Positions 36,345-45,700 of a stretch of 64,000 nucleotides of DNA are shown piece by piece (the stretch's first letter is position 1; every line of letters starts with the position of its first letter). Position numbers and translations under genes: made by a program. Origin of the DNA: Candidatus Woesearchaeota archaeon (GTDB lineage: Archaea > Nanobdellota > Nanobdellia > Woesearchaeales > JACPJR01); contig JACPJR010000013.1 of assembly GCA_016187565.1 (NCBI GenBank), forward strand, positions 8,391 through 72,390. Direction: 5' to 3'. The notes under the pieces were generated by a model, which was given only the letters and a program-made list of their open reading frames with translations, made no database searches and was not told where the DNA came from.

Positions 36345-36586
36345 GCTTCATCTTCTTCTTTTGTGTTCCATTCTTTAGCTAAAACTTCCTCGGAAACCAA
36401 TGCAGGAAATAATTTTTCGCTTACTTGTTCCATAGGTCTCAATTCAACATGATCCGAATATACTAAAATGCCTATTTTTGAGCCTTCTTTAAATCCCTTC
36501 ATAGCTCTAGCTATGTGGGGTATGCAAATCTGACCTTTACTTGTTACCGTTACTGTTTTTATTTCTTTGATTTGATTTGCTAACAT
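36329..36586 (-). CDS. AbrB/MazE-type antitoxin
   Basis: VTVTSKGQICIPHIARAM swapped-hairpin motif. AGGTGG SD upstream. Confidence 0.8.
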   Translation of the reverse strand: MLANQIKEIKTVTVTSKGQICIPHIARAMKGFKEGSKIGILVYSDHVELRPMEQVSEKLFPALVSEEVLAKEWNTKEEDEAWKDL

Positions 36587-36649
36587 GTTCCACCTTATAA
36601 GTAAGATAAGTAAGAAGTTAGATATAAATGTTTCGCTTTATTTCGAAAG

Positions 36650-36937
36650 CTACTTCCGAGCGGTTGATACACAAACATAAGAGATGTTCGTTAATTTTCT
36701 CATTCCCATATGAATATTAGCTGAAGCAAAGAGATTTTTGAGACTATGAAGCGTAAATCGCTCGGATATTAAACCCTCTGTGGTATAAACGCAATTTTCA
36801 TCTTCTTTAGTAACATTAAACCCCAGATTATTATAGAATTGTTCTTGGATTTCTTTTGCATGTTCAGAATAAACGCTAATAATTATTTTACCATTTTTCT
36901 TAAACTTATTTCTTTTCAAATACGATTCGCTTGACAC
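36650..36937 (-). CDS. Hypothetical ORF (weak)
   Basis: Only GTG/TTG starts are available and both overlap the cca stop. No motif recognised. AT-rich. Confidence 0.3.
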   Translation of the reverse strand: MSSESYLKRNKFKKNGKIIISVYSEHAKEIQEQFYNNLGFNVTKEDENCVYTTEGLISERFTLHSLKNLFASANIHMGMRKLTNISYVCVSTARK

Positions 36938-38204
36938 GCTCGGTAATATACGTATCGTGGAGCAGGTGTTTTACCAAATCACTGGCTTTTTTGTATTTTC
37001 GTTGTACATGAGCATAGATTCTATTTCCTCGCACAAACGTTACTGCATGTCGCTGCTTAAATGCTGTAACATTCTGCTGTTGGCTGAGTGGAGGGCCTTG
37101 CTTTTCATAGTATTTTGACAGCGTTTTCTTCGGAATAATGTACCAGAAAGAAGCATTTTTTCCTTTATCCCTTGTTTTATCCCATTTCCATCCTTCATTG
37201 ATAAGTTTAAAATCATGTGCAAGTATATTTTTTTTCAGATATTCGTGTGCTTTCAGCAGTTTACTGCCAACGATATCTTTCTTTCCATCTTTAGGAACAA
37301 CCTTTAAGAGGATGAGTTCGTTCTTTCCTGTCAATCCGCGAATTTCGTCCAAGGTTGTTTCTTTCTTAACAAAAAAAACCTCTGAAGGATTAGTGAGAAA
37401 TGCTGTTGCTGCTTCGATAAATGCCTCAAACTTTTCAATGCTCAGTGCTGCAGACGCATTCCGTTCTGGCTGTAACGGGTCGACGACAATTAAAGGGCTT
37501 TCGGTCTTGGCTCGATTGAGTTGTTCCAAGGCATGACCATTATAGACATTGTTATAATCAACAACTATTTTTGCTTTCCAGTGTTGTGCAGCTTTGAGGA
37601 GAGGAAGAAATCCACCATAAACAATGGTAAGAATATCTAAAACATGACCTGAAAATCCTTTAATATACGACTCTGCACCATACACCTCCTGAGCTTTGCA
37701 AAAAGCCTTGACCAGCCGAATTTCCTGCTGCAATCGTAGATTTTCTTTGCAACGCTCCTTAACCCAAGAAACATGCATGGGGCTTACATCGGTTACATTC
37801 TTTGCCTTTGAAGGTGTAGAAATAGCTAATACCGGAATAACCTCATACATCAGCATACCTTCACGGATCTGAAAGTAATCCCGAGACCCTGGAACTTTCA
37901 GGGGTTTAAACGAGCGTAAGACATTCCCCAAGACTAAAGAAATAATTTGATGTTCATATCGTTCATAGTCGAATAACACAAAAATATCAATATCAAAGTC
38001 ATCCTTCAAATAAGTACCTTTAGCAATAGAACCACCCGCAACTGCTGTTGCTTGGATACGATAGTTTTTGAGTGCAGTATTTAATCGCTGGAGGAAATCA
38101 TCTACACGACGACGCAATGCTTTTTCATCCGGTTGTACTGCTTTACTGACCTTATTCAGGATTGCCTCTATCTTTTCCATGAGCTGGCTTGAGGACTTTA
38201 TCAT
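36906..38204 (-). CDS. cca: CCA-adding enzyme (archaeal class I tRNA nucleotidyltransferase)
   Basis: 432 aa with GGSIAKGTYLKDDFDIDIFVLF, the catalytic carboxylates in a Pol-beta fold, and an archaeal-type body/tail. Confidence 0.92.
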   Translation of the reverse strand: MIKSSSQLMEKIEAILNKVSKAVQPDEKALRRRVDDFLQRLNTALKNYRIQATAVAGGSIAKGTYLKDDFDIDIFVLFDYERYEHQIISLVLGNVLRSFKPLKVPGSRDYFQIREGMLMYEVIPVLAISTPSKAKNVTDVSPMHVSWVKERCKENLRLQQEIRLVKAFCKAQEVYGAESYIKGFSGHVLDILTIVYGGFLPLLKAAQHWKAKIVVDYNNVYNGHALEQLNRAKTESPLIVVDPLQPERNASAALSIEKFEAFIEAATAFLTNPSEVFFVKKETTLDEIRGLTGKNELILLKVVPKDGKKDIVGSKLLKAHEYLKKNILAHDFKLINEGWKWDKTRDKGKNASFWYIIPKKTLSKYYEKQGPPLSQQQNVTAFKQRHAVTFVRGNRIYAHVQRKYKKASDLVKHLLHDTYITERVKRIVFEKK

Positions 38205-38284
38205 ATATAAATGTTCTTCTCAACAAAAGAACAACATCTTTAAATAGGGCGAATCTCACCCAATAATGGTAAACAGGTGGAATC

Positions 38285-39295
38285 ATGAGTTATGATGTGA
38301 TGGGAATCGGAAACCCGCTTATTGATCTTCTTATTCAGGTAGAAGACAATGTTCTTGTAGAACTTAACCTCACCAAAGGGCAAGGTCATCTTGTTTCTGA
38401 AGAACAGCTAAAGCTCATTGAAGACAAAATCAAACATCTGTCTATTATCAAAGCGCCTGGTGATTCCAGTGCAAATACACTTGCAGGAGTTGCTAATCTG
38501 GGAGGGACTGCTATCTTTGTTGGTAAAGTCGGCTTAGATCCTGAAGGCACCTACTATGAAATGTCATTAATCAATCACAACGTCATTGCAAAGTTACGTA
38601 AAGTCGAGGGAATTACCGGAAAGGCATTAACCTTTATTACCCCTGGAGGGGAACGCACATTTGTCGTCCATCTCGGGGTTGCTGATAAACTTCATCGTGA
38701 TGAATTGCTTGAGGAAGACATAGCCAAAAGCAAAATCTTACATCTAACCGGCTATCAACTTGAAGCACCAACACTGAAAGAGACAGCACTCCACGCAATG
38801 CAGATTGCGAAAGCCCATCATAAAAAGATCTCAATAGACCTTGCTGATCCTGCACTTATCGCAAGAAATAAAGAAGAACTTAAAAAGATTGTCCAAGAAT
38901 ATGCATCTATTATTTTTGTCAATGAGACAGAAGCCAAAGCATTTACGGGAAAAGACCCTGAAGAAGCCCTCAATGAATTAGCGCGAGTAGCAGACATCGC
39001 AATAGTTAAGCTCGGTGAACGAGGCTCGCTAATAAAACAAGGAAATACGTTTATCAAAATTAATGTGTTTCCAATAAACTGTGTCGATACAACAGGAGCA
39101 GGTGATATGTACGCAGCCGGTGTTCTTTATGGCATAACGCATGGTCTTGATCTTGAGCTCAGTGGTAATATCGGATCGCTTGCTGCTGCCCATGTTGTTG
39201 CCCAAGTAGGTGCTCGATTACCCTATTCTCTTCGAGATAAAATTCTTCAGTATATTCAAAAAATAGAAGTCAAGGAGGATGGAAGGAATGGATAA
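38285..39295 (+). CDS. PfkB-family ribokinase-like kinase, probably adenosine kinase
   Basis: MGIGNPLIDL N-terminus and DTTGAGDMYAAG signature 2. Its stop overlaps the start of the SAH hydrolase gene immediately downstream. Confidence 0.85.
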   Translation: MSYDVMGIGNPLIDLLIQVEDNVLVELNLTKGQGHLVSEEQLKLIEDKIKHLSIIKAPGDSSANTLAGVANLGGTAIFVGKVGLDPEGTYYEMSLINHNVIAKLRKVEGITGKALTFITPGGERTFVVHLGVADKLHRDELLEEDIAKSKILHLTGYQLEAPTLKETALHAMQIAKAHHKKISIDLADPALIARNKEELKKIVQEYASIIFVNETEAKAFTGKDPEEALNELARVADIAIVKLGERGSLIKQGNTFIKINVFPINCVDTTGAGDMYAAGVLYGITHGLDLELSGNIGSLAAAHVVAQVGARLPYSLRDKILQYIQKIEVKEDGRNG

Positions 39296-40550
39296 CGGGA
39301 AGCATTATGAAGTCAAGGATATGAGCCTTGCACAGCAGGGAGCATTACAGATCGAATTTGCAGAGCATTCTATGGGTTCTTTACTAAAAGTCCGTGAGCG
39401 ATTTCAAAAAGAAAAAACATTGAGAGGTATCCATGTTGGCATGGCCTTACATGTCACCAAAGAAACTGCAGTACTCGTAAGAACGCTTATTGCTGGTGGA
39501 GCAACCGTTGCCATTACCGGTTGTAATCCATTATCAACCCAAGATGATGTGGCTGCAGCACTAGCACAGGAAGGGGTTCATGTTTGGGCGTATAAGGGCG
39601 AGACACATGAAGATTACTATCGGTATCTGAATAATGTTATTGCCACTAAGCCGCAGATTACCATTGACGATGGGTGTGACCTTGTCTCAGAGATTCACAA
39701 AAAGCATTCTGCACTTATTCCAAAGATCATTGGAGGATGTGAAGAAACAACAACAGGAATTATACGGTTAAAAGCTATGGAAAAAGACGGAGCGTTAAAA
39801 TATCCCATGATAGCAGTTAATGACAACAAGACAAAACATCTGCTTGATAATTACTATGGTACTGGTCAATCAACGATTGATGGGATTTTACGCGCAACAA
39901 ATATTCTCTTTGCAGGAAAAGCTGTTGTTATAGCTGGGTATGGAAGCTGTGGGAAAGGAGTAGCATTACGTGCAAAGGGTTTTGGTTCAAATATTATTAT
40001 CACTGAAATTGAGCCTTTCAGAGCACTTCAGGCAAAACTTGATGGTTTCCAGGTTATGCCCATGACCCAAGCAGCTCCCTTAGGAGATGTTTTTATCACG
40101 GTTACAGGAAATAAACATGTCATTCGTATCGAGCATATGAAGACCATGAAAGATGGAGCTATTCTCGCTAATGCAGGTCACTTTGATCTTGAGATCGATG
40201 TCAAGGGACTAAAGGCGGCTGCTACCTCAGAACGAAAAGTACGGCCTTCGTTAGATGAGTACGTTATTAACCGAAAAAAGATCTTTGTTTGTGCAGAGGG
40301 AAGGCTTGTTAATTTAGCAGCGGCAGAGGGACATCCTTCTGAAGTTATGGCAACAAGTTTTTGTGGACAAGCACTTGCTGTTGAGTATTGCGTTAAGAAC
40401 AAAGGGAAACTAGCCAACAACGTTATTACCCTTCCTGGAGAAATAGACATGCACATTGCTAAACTCCAGCTCAGTGCGCTTGGTGTGTCCTTTGATATAC
40501 TTACGCCTGAACAAAAAGAATACCTTGAAAGCTGGGAAGAAGGAACTTGA
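39288..40550 (+). CDS. ahcY: S-adenosyl-L-homocysteine hydrolase
   Basis: GCNPLSTQDDVAAAL, the NAD motif GYGSCGKGVA and HFDLEID. ATG 39288 has better spacing from AAGGAGG than 39279. Confidence 0.94.
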   Translation: MDNGKHYEVKDMSLAQQGALQIEFAEHSMGSLLKVRERFQKEKTLRGIHVGMALHVTKETAVLVRTLIAGGATVAITGCNPLSTQDDVAAALAQEGVHVWAYKGETHEDYYRYLNNVIATKPQITIDDGCDLVSEIHKKHSALIPKIIGGCEETTTGIIRLKAMEKDGALKYPMIAVNDNKTKHLLDNYYGTGQSTIDGILRATNILFAGKAVVIAGYGSCGKGVALRAKGFGSNIIITEIEPFRALQAKLDGFQVMPMTQAAPLGDVFITVTGNKHVIRIEHMKTMKDGAILANAGHFDLEIDVKGLKAAATSERKVRPSLDEYVINRKKIFVCAEGRLVNLAAAEGHPSEVMATSFCGQALAVEYCVKNKGKLANNVITLPGEIDMHIAKLQLSALGVSFDILTPEQKEYLESWEEGT

Positions 40551-40564
40551 TGATAGTTCGTTGA

Positions 40565-40744
40565 TTACAGTTTCTTCAAGAAAATAACAAGGAATATAAT
40601 AAAACCCACAAGGATAATCAGATTCACCATAATAAGACTAGCGACAGCGATAACATACATCTTCTGGGCACGATTTAAGTGAGATAATTGTTCTTTCCAC
40701 TGTTTCCATTTTTTCAACGGGCTAGAGAGACGGATAAACGTCAT
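40565..40744 (-). CDS. Small single-TM protein (59 aa), not in the ORF track
   Basis: Hand translation gives MTFIRLSSPLKKWKQWKEQLSHLNRAQKMYVIAVASLIMVNLIILVGFIIFLVIFLKKL. Confidence 0.35.
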   Translation of the reverse strand: MTFIRLSSPLKKWKQWKEQLSHLNRAQKMYVIAVASLIMVNLIILVGFIIFLVIFLKKL

Positions 40745-40796
40745 AGAAGTGTTGAACGAGAAACAAGTATAAAAAATGTTTCATTCATTAAGGGAT

Positions 40797-41153
40797 CTAT
40801 GTCCTTCTGACAAGATAAGTCGCAAGGCCAGAAACAATCAAGAGCGCCAGTATCGTAACCACAACAAATGGGGCATAAATTGCAACAAGATCTACTCGTG
40901 TAGGAACTTGCGGAGAAAGCTCAAGGCTACCATCAACATTCTTCGTTACAAATCCTGTAGGAATACCCGTCAAAGAAGATTGCAAAGGCGATCCTGTCTT
41001 TTCGAGGTTTTGGAGGAAATACCAGTTTGCTGAGCCTGCAAGAAAGAGCGTTAGGATAATGAGCACATGAATTCCTGCATCAGGAATGGTTTTTTGAGAA
41101 ATAATTGTCATACTTTTTTTGCTCACACGATTGTTCTCGTTTACCTTAGCCAT
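40797..41153 (-). CDS. Hypothetical membrane protein (two TM segments)
   Basis: 118 aa with hydrophobic segments GIHVLIILTLFLAG and IYAPFVVVTILALLIVSGLATYL. Confidence 0.6.
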   Translation of the reverse strand: MAKVNENNRVSKKSMTIISQKTIPDAGIHVLIILTLFLAGSANWYFLQNLEKTGSPLQSSLTGIPTGFVTKNVDGSLELSPQVPTRVDLVAIYAPFVVVTILALLIVSGLATYLVRRT

Positions 41154-41243
41154 ACTAACCTAACCTTCAGGGTCACTCGTATTTAAACGTTTCTATTCAA
41201 GAGAAAAGAAGGGTTTATATATCTCTAACGGATTAAAGGAGCA

Positions 41244-41996
41244 ATGCCCAAAATAAGCCGAGAAAAGTTCAAGACCTTACATAATGTTTTTGATGAGTTT
41301 ACTGAACGAAACATCTTTAAGCTGATGGGACAGAGGCATTTTGAGGGATTCTACAGTGCCATTGGCATGGGCAAGGAAGCCAATGTCTTTGTGGCAAGAA
41401 AACACGATGGTACCTTTGTTGTTGTCAAGATTTATCGATTACACACCTGTGACTTCAACACCATGTATAATCACATTAAGTTCGATGCTCGATATCTTCA
41501 CCTCAAAAAACAACGGAGAAAGGTCATTTTCGCCTGGACGCAGCGAGAATTTAGGAATCTGCTGAAAGCCCGAGAAGCTGGTGTTGCTGTTCCCACACCA
41601 TACACTTTCCTCTACAACATCTTAGTCATGGAAATGATTGGTGGACAAGATCCTGCAGGTAAGCTTATCCATCAACAACCAAAAGATCCTGATGCATTTT
41701 TAGCAACAGTTGTTACCAATATGCAAAAAGTCTACCGTGCTGGGCTGATTCATGGTGATTTATCACCGTTCAATATCCTTAATGATAAAGAACGAGCTGT
41801 GTTTATTGATTTTTCTCAGGCAACACCTCTCGAAAGCGCCAATGCTGAAGAACTGCTGGCTGCGGATATCAAAAATGTGTGTGTGTATTTTCGTAAGTTA
41901 CGGGTGGACATTACCGAAGATGTCTTGCGAAAAAAAATTTTGGAAAATAATGGGAATGGTAAAGGACAACAAACAAAACATCGGAGGAAACAATGA
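41244..41996 (+). CDS. RIO-type serine protein kinase (Rio1-like)
   Basis: [10 protein letters not shown]-loop-like, [12 protein letters not shown] catalytic loop and FIDFSQA metal-binding loop. AAAGGAG SD upstream. Confidence 0.9.
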   Translation: MPKISREKFKTLHNVFDEFTERNIFKLMGQRHFEGFYSAIGMGKEANVFVARKHDGTFVVVKIYRLHTCDFNTMYNHIKFDARYLHLKKQRRKVIFAWTQREFRNLLKAREAGVAVPTPYTFLYNILVMEMIGGQDPAGKLIHQQPKDPDAFLATVVTNMQKVYRAGLIHGDLSPFNILNDKERAVFIDFSQATPLESANAEELLAADIKNVCVYFRKLRVDITEDVLRKKILENNGNGKGQQTKHRRKQ

Positions 41997-42418
41997 CATC
42001 AACAATACCAACTTCCGAAGAGGAATGGAAAAATAAGCTCACGCCAGAACAGTATGCTATTCTCAGAAAGAAAGGAACAGAGCCTGCCTTTACCGGTAAA
42101 TATAACGACTTCAAGAAGAAAGGATTTTACAAATGTGCAGGTTGTGGCACTGTCTTGTTTGATGCCGATCAAAAGTATGATTCAGGAAGCGGATGGCCAA
42201 GTTTTTGGGCACCAAAAAATAAGAGTGTGGTAGAAACAAAACCAGACCACAGCTTATTGACGAAACGAACAGAGGTTCTCTGTCACAATTGTCAGGGTCA
42301 TTTGGGACATATCTTTGATGATGGACCACAGCCAACAGGAAAGAGATTCTGTATTAATTCAGCATCGCTTGCGTTTGAAGAGAAAAAAGAAAAGAAAGAG
42401 ACGAGCCAAAAAAAGTAG
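41993..42418 (+). CDS. msrB: Peptide-methionine (R)-S-oxide reductase
   Basis: CAGCG...GWPSF...[12 protein letters not shown]...RFCINS motifs. ATGA overlap with the RIO kinase stop. Confidence 0.93.
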   Translation: MTSTIPTSEEEWKNKLTPEQYAILRKKGTEPAFTGKYNDFKKKGFYKCAGCGTVLFDADQKYDSGSGWPSFWAPKNKSVVETKPDHSLLTKRTEVLCHNCQGHLGHIFDDGPQPTGKRFCINSASLAFEEKKEKKETSQKK

Positions 42419-42479
42419 ACCACTATATCATAATATCATAAGGGGGCGCTGACTCGTCTCTGCCATGATTGCATGAAGC

Positions 42480-42737
42480 TTATCCGGGAAGACCTGGTGG
42501 AAGAACCTCTTCCTTACCAAAAAGATCTAAACCTGGATCAATGGCTTGAGGAGATTCGTTGACCGGTTCCACAGTCTCGTTGTTTTCTTGTATTGTTTCA
42601 TCTACTGGATAACAACCATACACGAAAAAAGGACCAAGAAGTATAATTAAAAAAAGAATGGTTTTAAGTAGTGGCAGTGAACAGTACTGCCGGCATATCC
42701 CGGGAAAAAAGGGACGAGTTTCTTTAGCGTCTGTCAT
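42480..42737 (-). CDS. Small membrane-anchored acidic protein, last gene of the surface-protein operon
   Basis: ATG at 42737 (MTDAKETRPFF...). It has one TM (ILFLIILLGPFFVYG) followed by an acidic Pro-rich tail. The longer track ORF overlaps the upstream gene. Confidence 0.5.
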   Translation of the reverse strand: MTDAKETRPFFPGICRQYCSLPLLKTILFLIILLGPFFVYGCYPVDETIQENNETVEPVNESPQAIDPGLDLFGKEEVLPPGLPG

Positions 42738-42753
42738 GGTCTCACGCTTGATT

Positions 42754-45700
42754 CTATTCTCGAATACCAGAAGCACGTTCTTCTTCAACAGGCATAGGTG
42801 GTGGTAAGAGTGTATACTCTCCCCATTCACAGTAACTTGTTGTCTTCACTAAGAACCCACGCATGAGATCTGCTTCAGTAATAAGTGTTGAAATCTCAGC
42901 GGATAGCCATTGCTGATCTTCTGAATTCCAGCGATAAAGCTTATGGTACTGACAATTGCTTCCCAAATCAATAAATCGCTGACCAATCATATCATAGGTA
43001 ACGGGCATCAAGTTCCAACCTTCAGACAAACTAAGATCACTGTACAAGGTTTCTTTTCCGAGGGTAACGTCTAAAGTACAGGAAGTATAACTGTACATCC
43101 ATAACGCTCGTTCTGAAATGTATTTGAGGAATGCAGAGCCGAGTTGCTTTTGTGCATCCCGGAAGGAAAGATACTTTTGCTCCTCATCATTATACACAAA
43201 TGCCAAGGGTTTTTTATCTTCAGAACAGGTTGAGGTATCAAAGGTAATCAAACGGTTAGGGATACTTACCAAATTCCAGCCGTCGATGAGCTGGATCTGT
43301 TTTGTGTGGCGTTTCTCAACAGAGCTTTGATTACCAATGACAAGGGTACCTGAGGCAACATCATTCTCTGATCCATCTGTAGAGATAACAACAACCGTGA
43401 AATGATACACTTCTCCCTCGGCAACAGTTTTATCCGTAAGTTGTTCTGGAGAGAAAAAAGTTCCAGCTGAAACTGGACGAACAACAACACTCTCAGGAAG
43501 AGCAACTGATTCTGTTGCTGTTGTTGACGATGCTGTTGCTGATACTGCAACATCTGTTGCAGGAAGTGCAACGGTTTCATAAACCACTGATGATTCAGAA
43601 GATTGTACTCTTCGAACAGATGCTGTTACAGATGTTACTGTGGCTTCAGCTTGTGTACTATCATCGCTTATACGTGGACCTGCTGCTCCGCCACCTCCTC
43701 CTGCAGATTCACCAATGTACGGCCATGCTGCACCAACACCACCTTTCTCTTCTTTAGGAGGGACTTCGCCACCACCAGCACCACCTCCGCCACTTGGTGC
43801 AGTGCTACTACCATAACTACTAACGCTCGTGACACTATCCGTAAGTTTTACCTTCTTGGTTTGGATGGTATAAGTAACCTGGTTACCAATCTCGGATGCA
43901 TAACCATAGTAAATCATATTGGTTACACCCAACTCACTACCCTCTTTTAAGAGGTAGGTTTCTCCTTCTTCAAGGTCTCCGATTGATTCTCCGTTAACGG
44001 TGAAATAAGCCTTTGGTCCTGAAGCAACTGCATCAACCGTTATGGCATACTCAACACCGTTTACCGTAACAGTCTTGCTGGTTCCTTCTTTCTGAGTAAA
44101 GGTTCCAACATCGCTACCACCGCCATTGCTCCGACTCTCAACCATAGGTCCTGCTCCTCCAGAACCGCCACTAGAAGTTCCAGTTTCAACAACTACCTCT
44201 TCATCAACGTCATTTAGATGGTCCGTAGTAGTACCACTTGTCTCTTCCTTAACAGAGGAAGAAGAATAAGAGTTACATGCCATTTCGGTACAACTGCCCG
44301 GATAAAGGTTACCATCACTTCCCATTACACAGCTACAGGTATTGCAATCACAACGAACCTCTTGTCCTTCTGAAAGGCCGCTGCAGTAATCTTTGTTGTA
44401 AATATTGCTGTCAGTACATCCCTTGAGAACAAAAACAACTCCTGTTGGTGAGGTAATAGTAACCACTGCAGAATTTGCAAAATTACCATGGTAATTGATA
44501 CTATCTACGGTTAAATTAAAACCACTTCCAAATGTCCATACCTCTCCTTGCTCCAATTGCAGTGAGGATTCTCCATTAACTGAAAAAGAAGCTTCTGTTG
44601 CACTTACTGTCTCAAGCACAAGTTGAAGTAATTCTCCATCCATTTCAATGGTTCTGGTAGTCCCTTGACGCAAAGAAAGGCTGACTGTTTTAGGGACGGT
44701 ATCTCGATCAGTTGCTACTGTTGTACTTGATGCAGTTGTTCCACCAACAATCTGTTTCTGGAGATTAAGACGAGAGGAAGTGTCAACAACAAGAGGAACT
44801 CGTTTTGTCTCACCTGGTCCGAGGGTTATGGTAGAAGGGAAATCCTTTGCAAAAGGTAGACCAACAATATCAAGTGTGTAATTCTGCTCCATTCTACCAT
44901 AATAACCAAAGAAGCGATCATCCTCAACAATAATCTCGTAATAAGCCTTTTCTCCAGCAGTTACCTCAACGCTTCTTGGCTCTAGACCTACATCAACCCA
45001 TGAGACCGTTTGATCATTTCCTTTGGTTAGTTTAAACAATCCCTTATCAGCGTTTAGGGATAAAACGCTAAGCTGTGCACCAAACACACCACGTTGCTTG
45101 CCTTCCGTTAAGGTAATAAACGGCAGAGAAAAATAATTGTCGGCTAAGCGAGCAGTAACATCCATGTGCGCAAAAAAATATAGTAGGCCAGGACAACCCA
45201 TCATACTAAAACAAATATCCTCACCTGACATACTGGATATACTGTTCAAGGTTATTTCCATGTCCCTATAGTCAACGACATGTGCGGTCTGGCCAGCAGA
45301 CAAAACAAACTCATCCCCTAGCATAACATCAATGGTTTTCGGCATAGCTGTTGAAGAAGGTATAATCACCGCAGTTGCAGCCTCTGCAGAGGTTGCAACA
45401 GAACTACGACCACCAGCACCAGAATCAACTGAATCAGTAACAGCAGACGCTGTTTCTGTAGGAGTATCCTGAATCGTCATTGTTCGTGTTGCATCGCTAT
45501 CATGGACATCATTCCAGAGCACCAGATCTATTCGTGTGCCTGTATAGGTTTGGCCAGTGTCCTCAAGCACTACTTTCTTTGGTGTAGGATACGCAAGGAT
45601 GAGATGAGTCTTATCAGTATACTTGACTCCTTGATCTACCCATTTCTCGACAAAGATTTTATTTCCACTCGTGTATGCAGTAAAACGAAGATCTTCCTGG

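Noticed and set aside
43266-43950. Several 80-115 aa ORFs on both strands inside the giant surface gene (Gln/Leu- or Cys/Thr-rich)
   Set aside because: These are alternate-frame products of repetitive Ser/Thr/Ala/Gly-coding DNA, with no starts or SD sites. The long frame is clearly the coding one.
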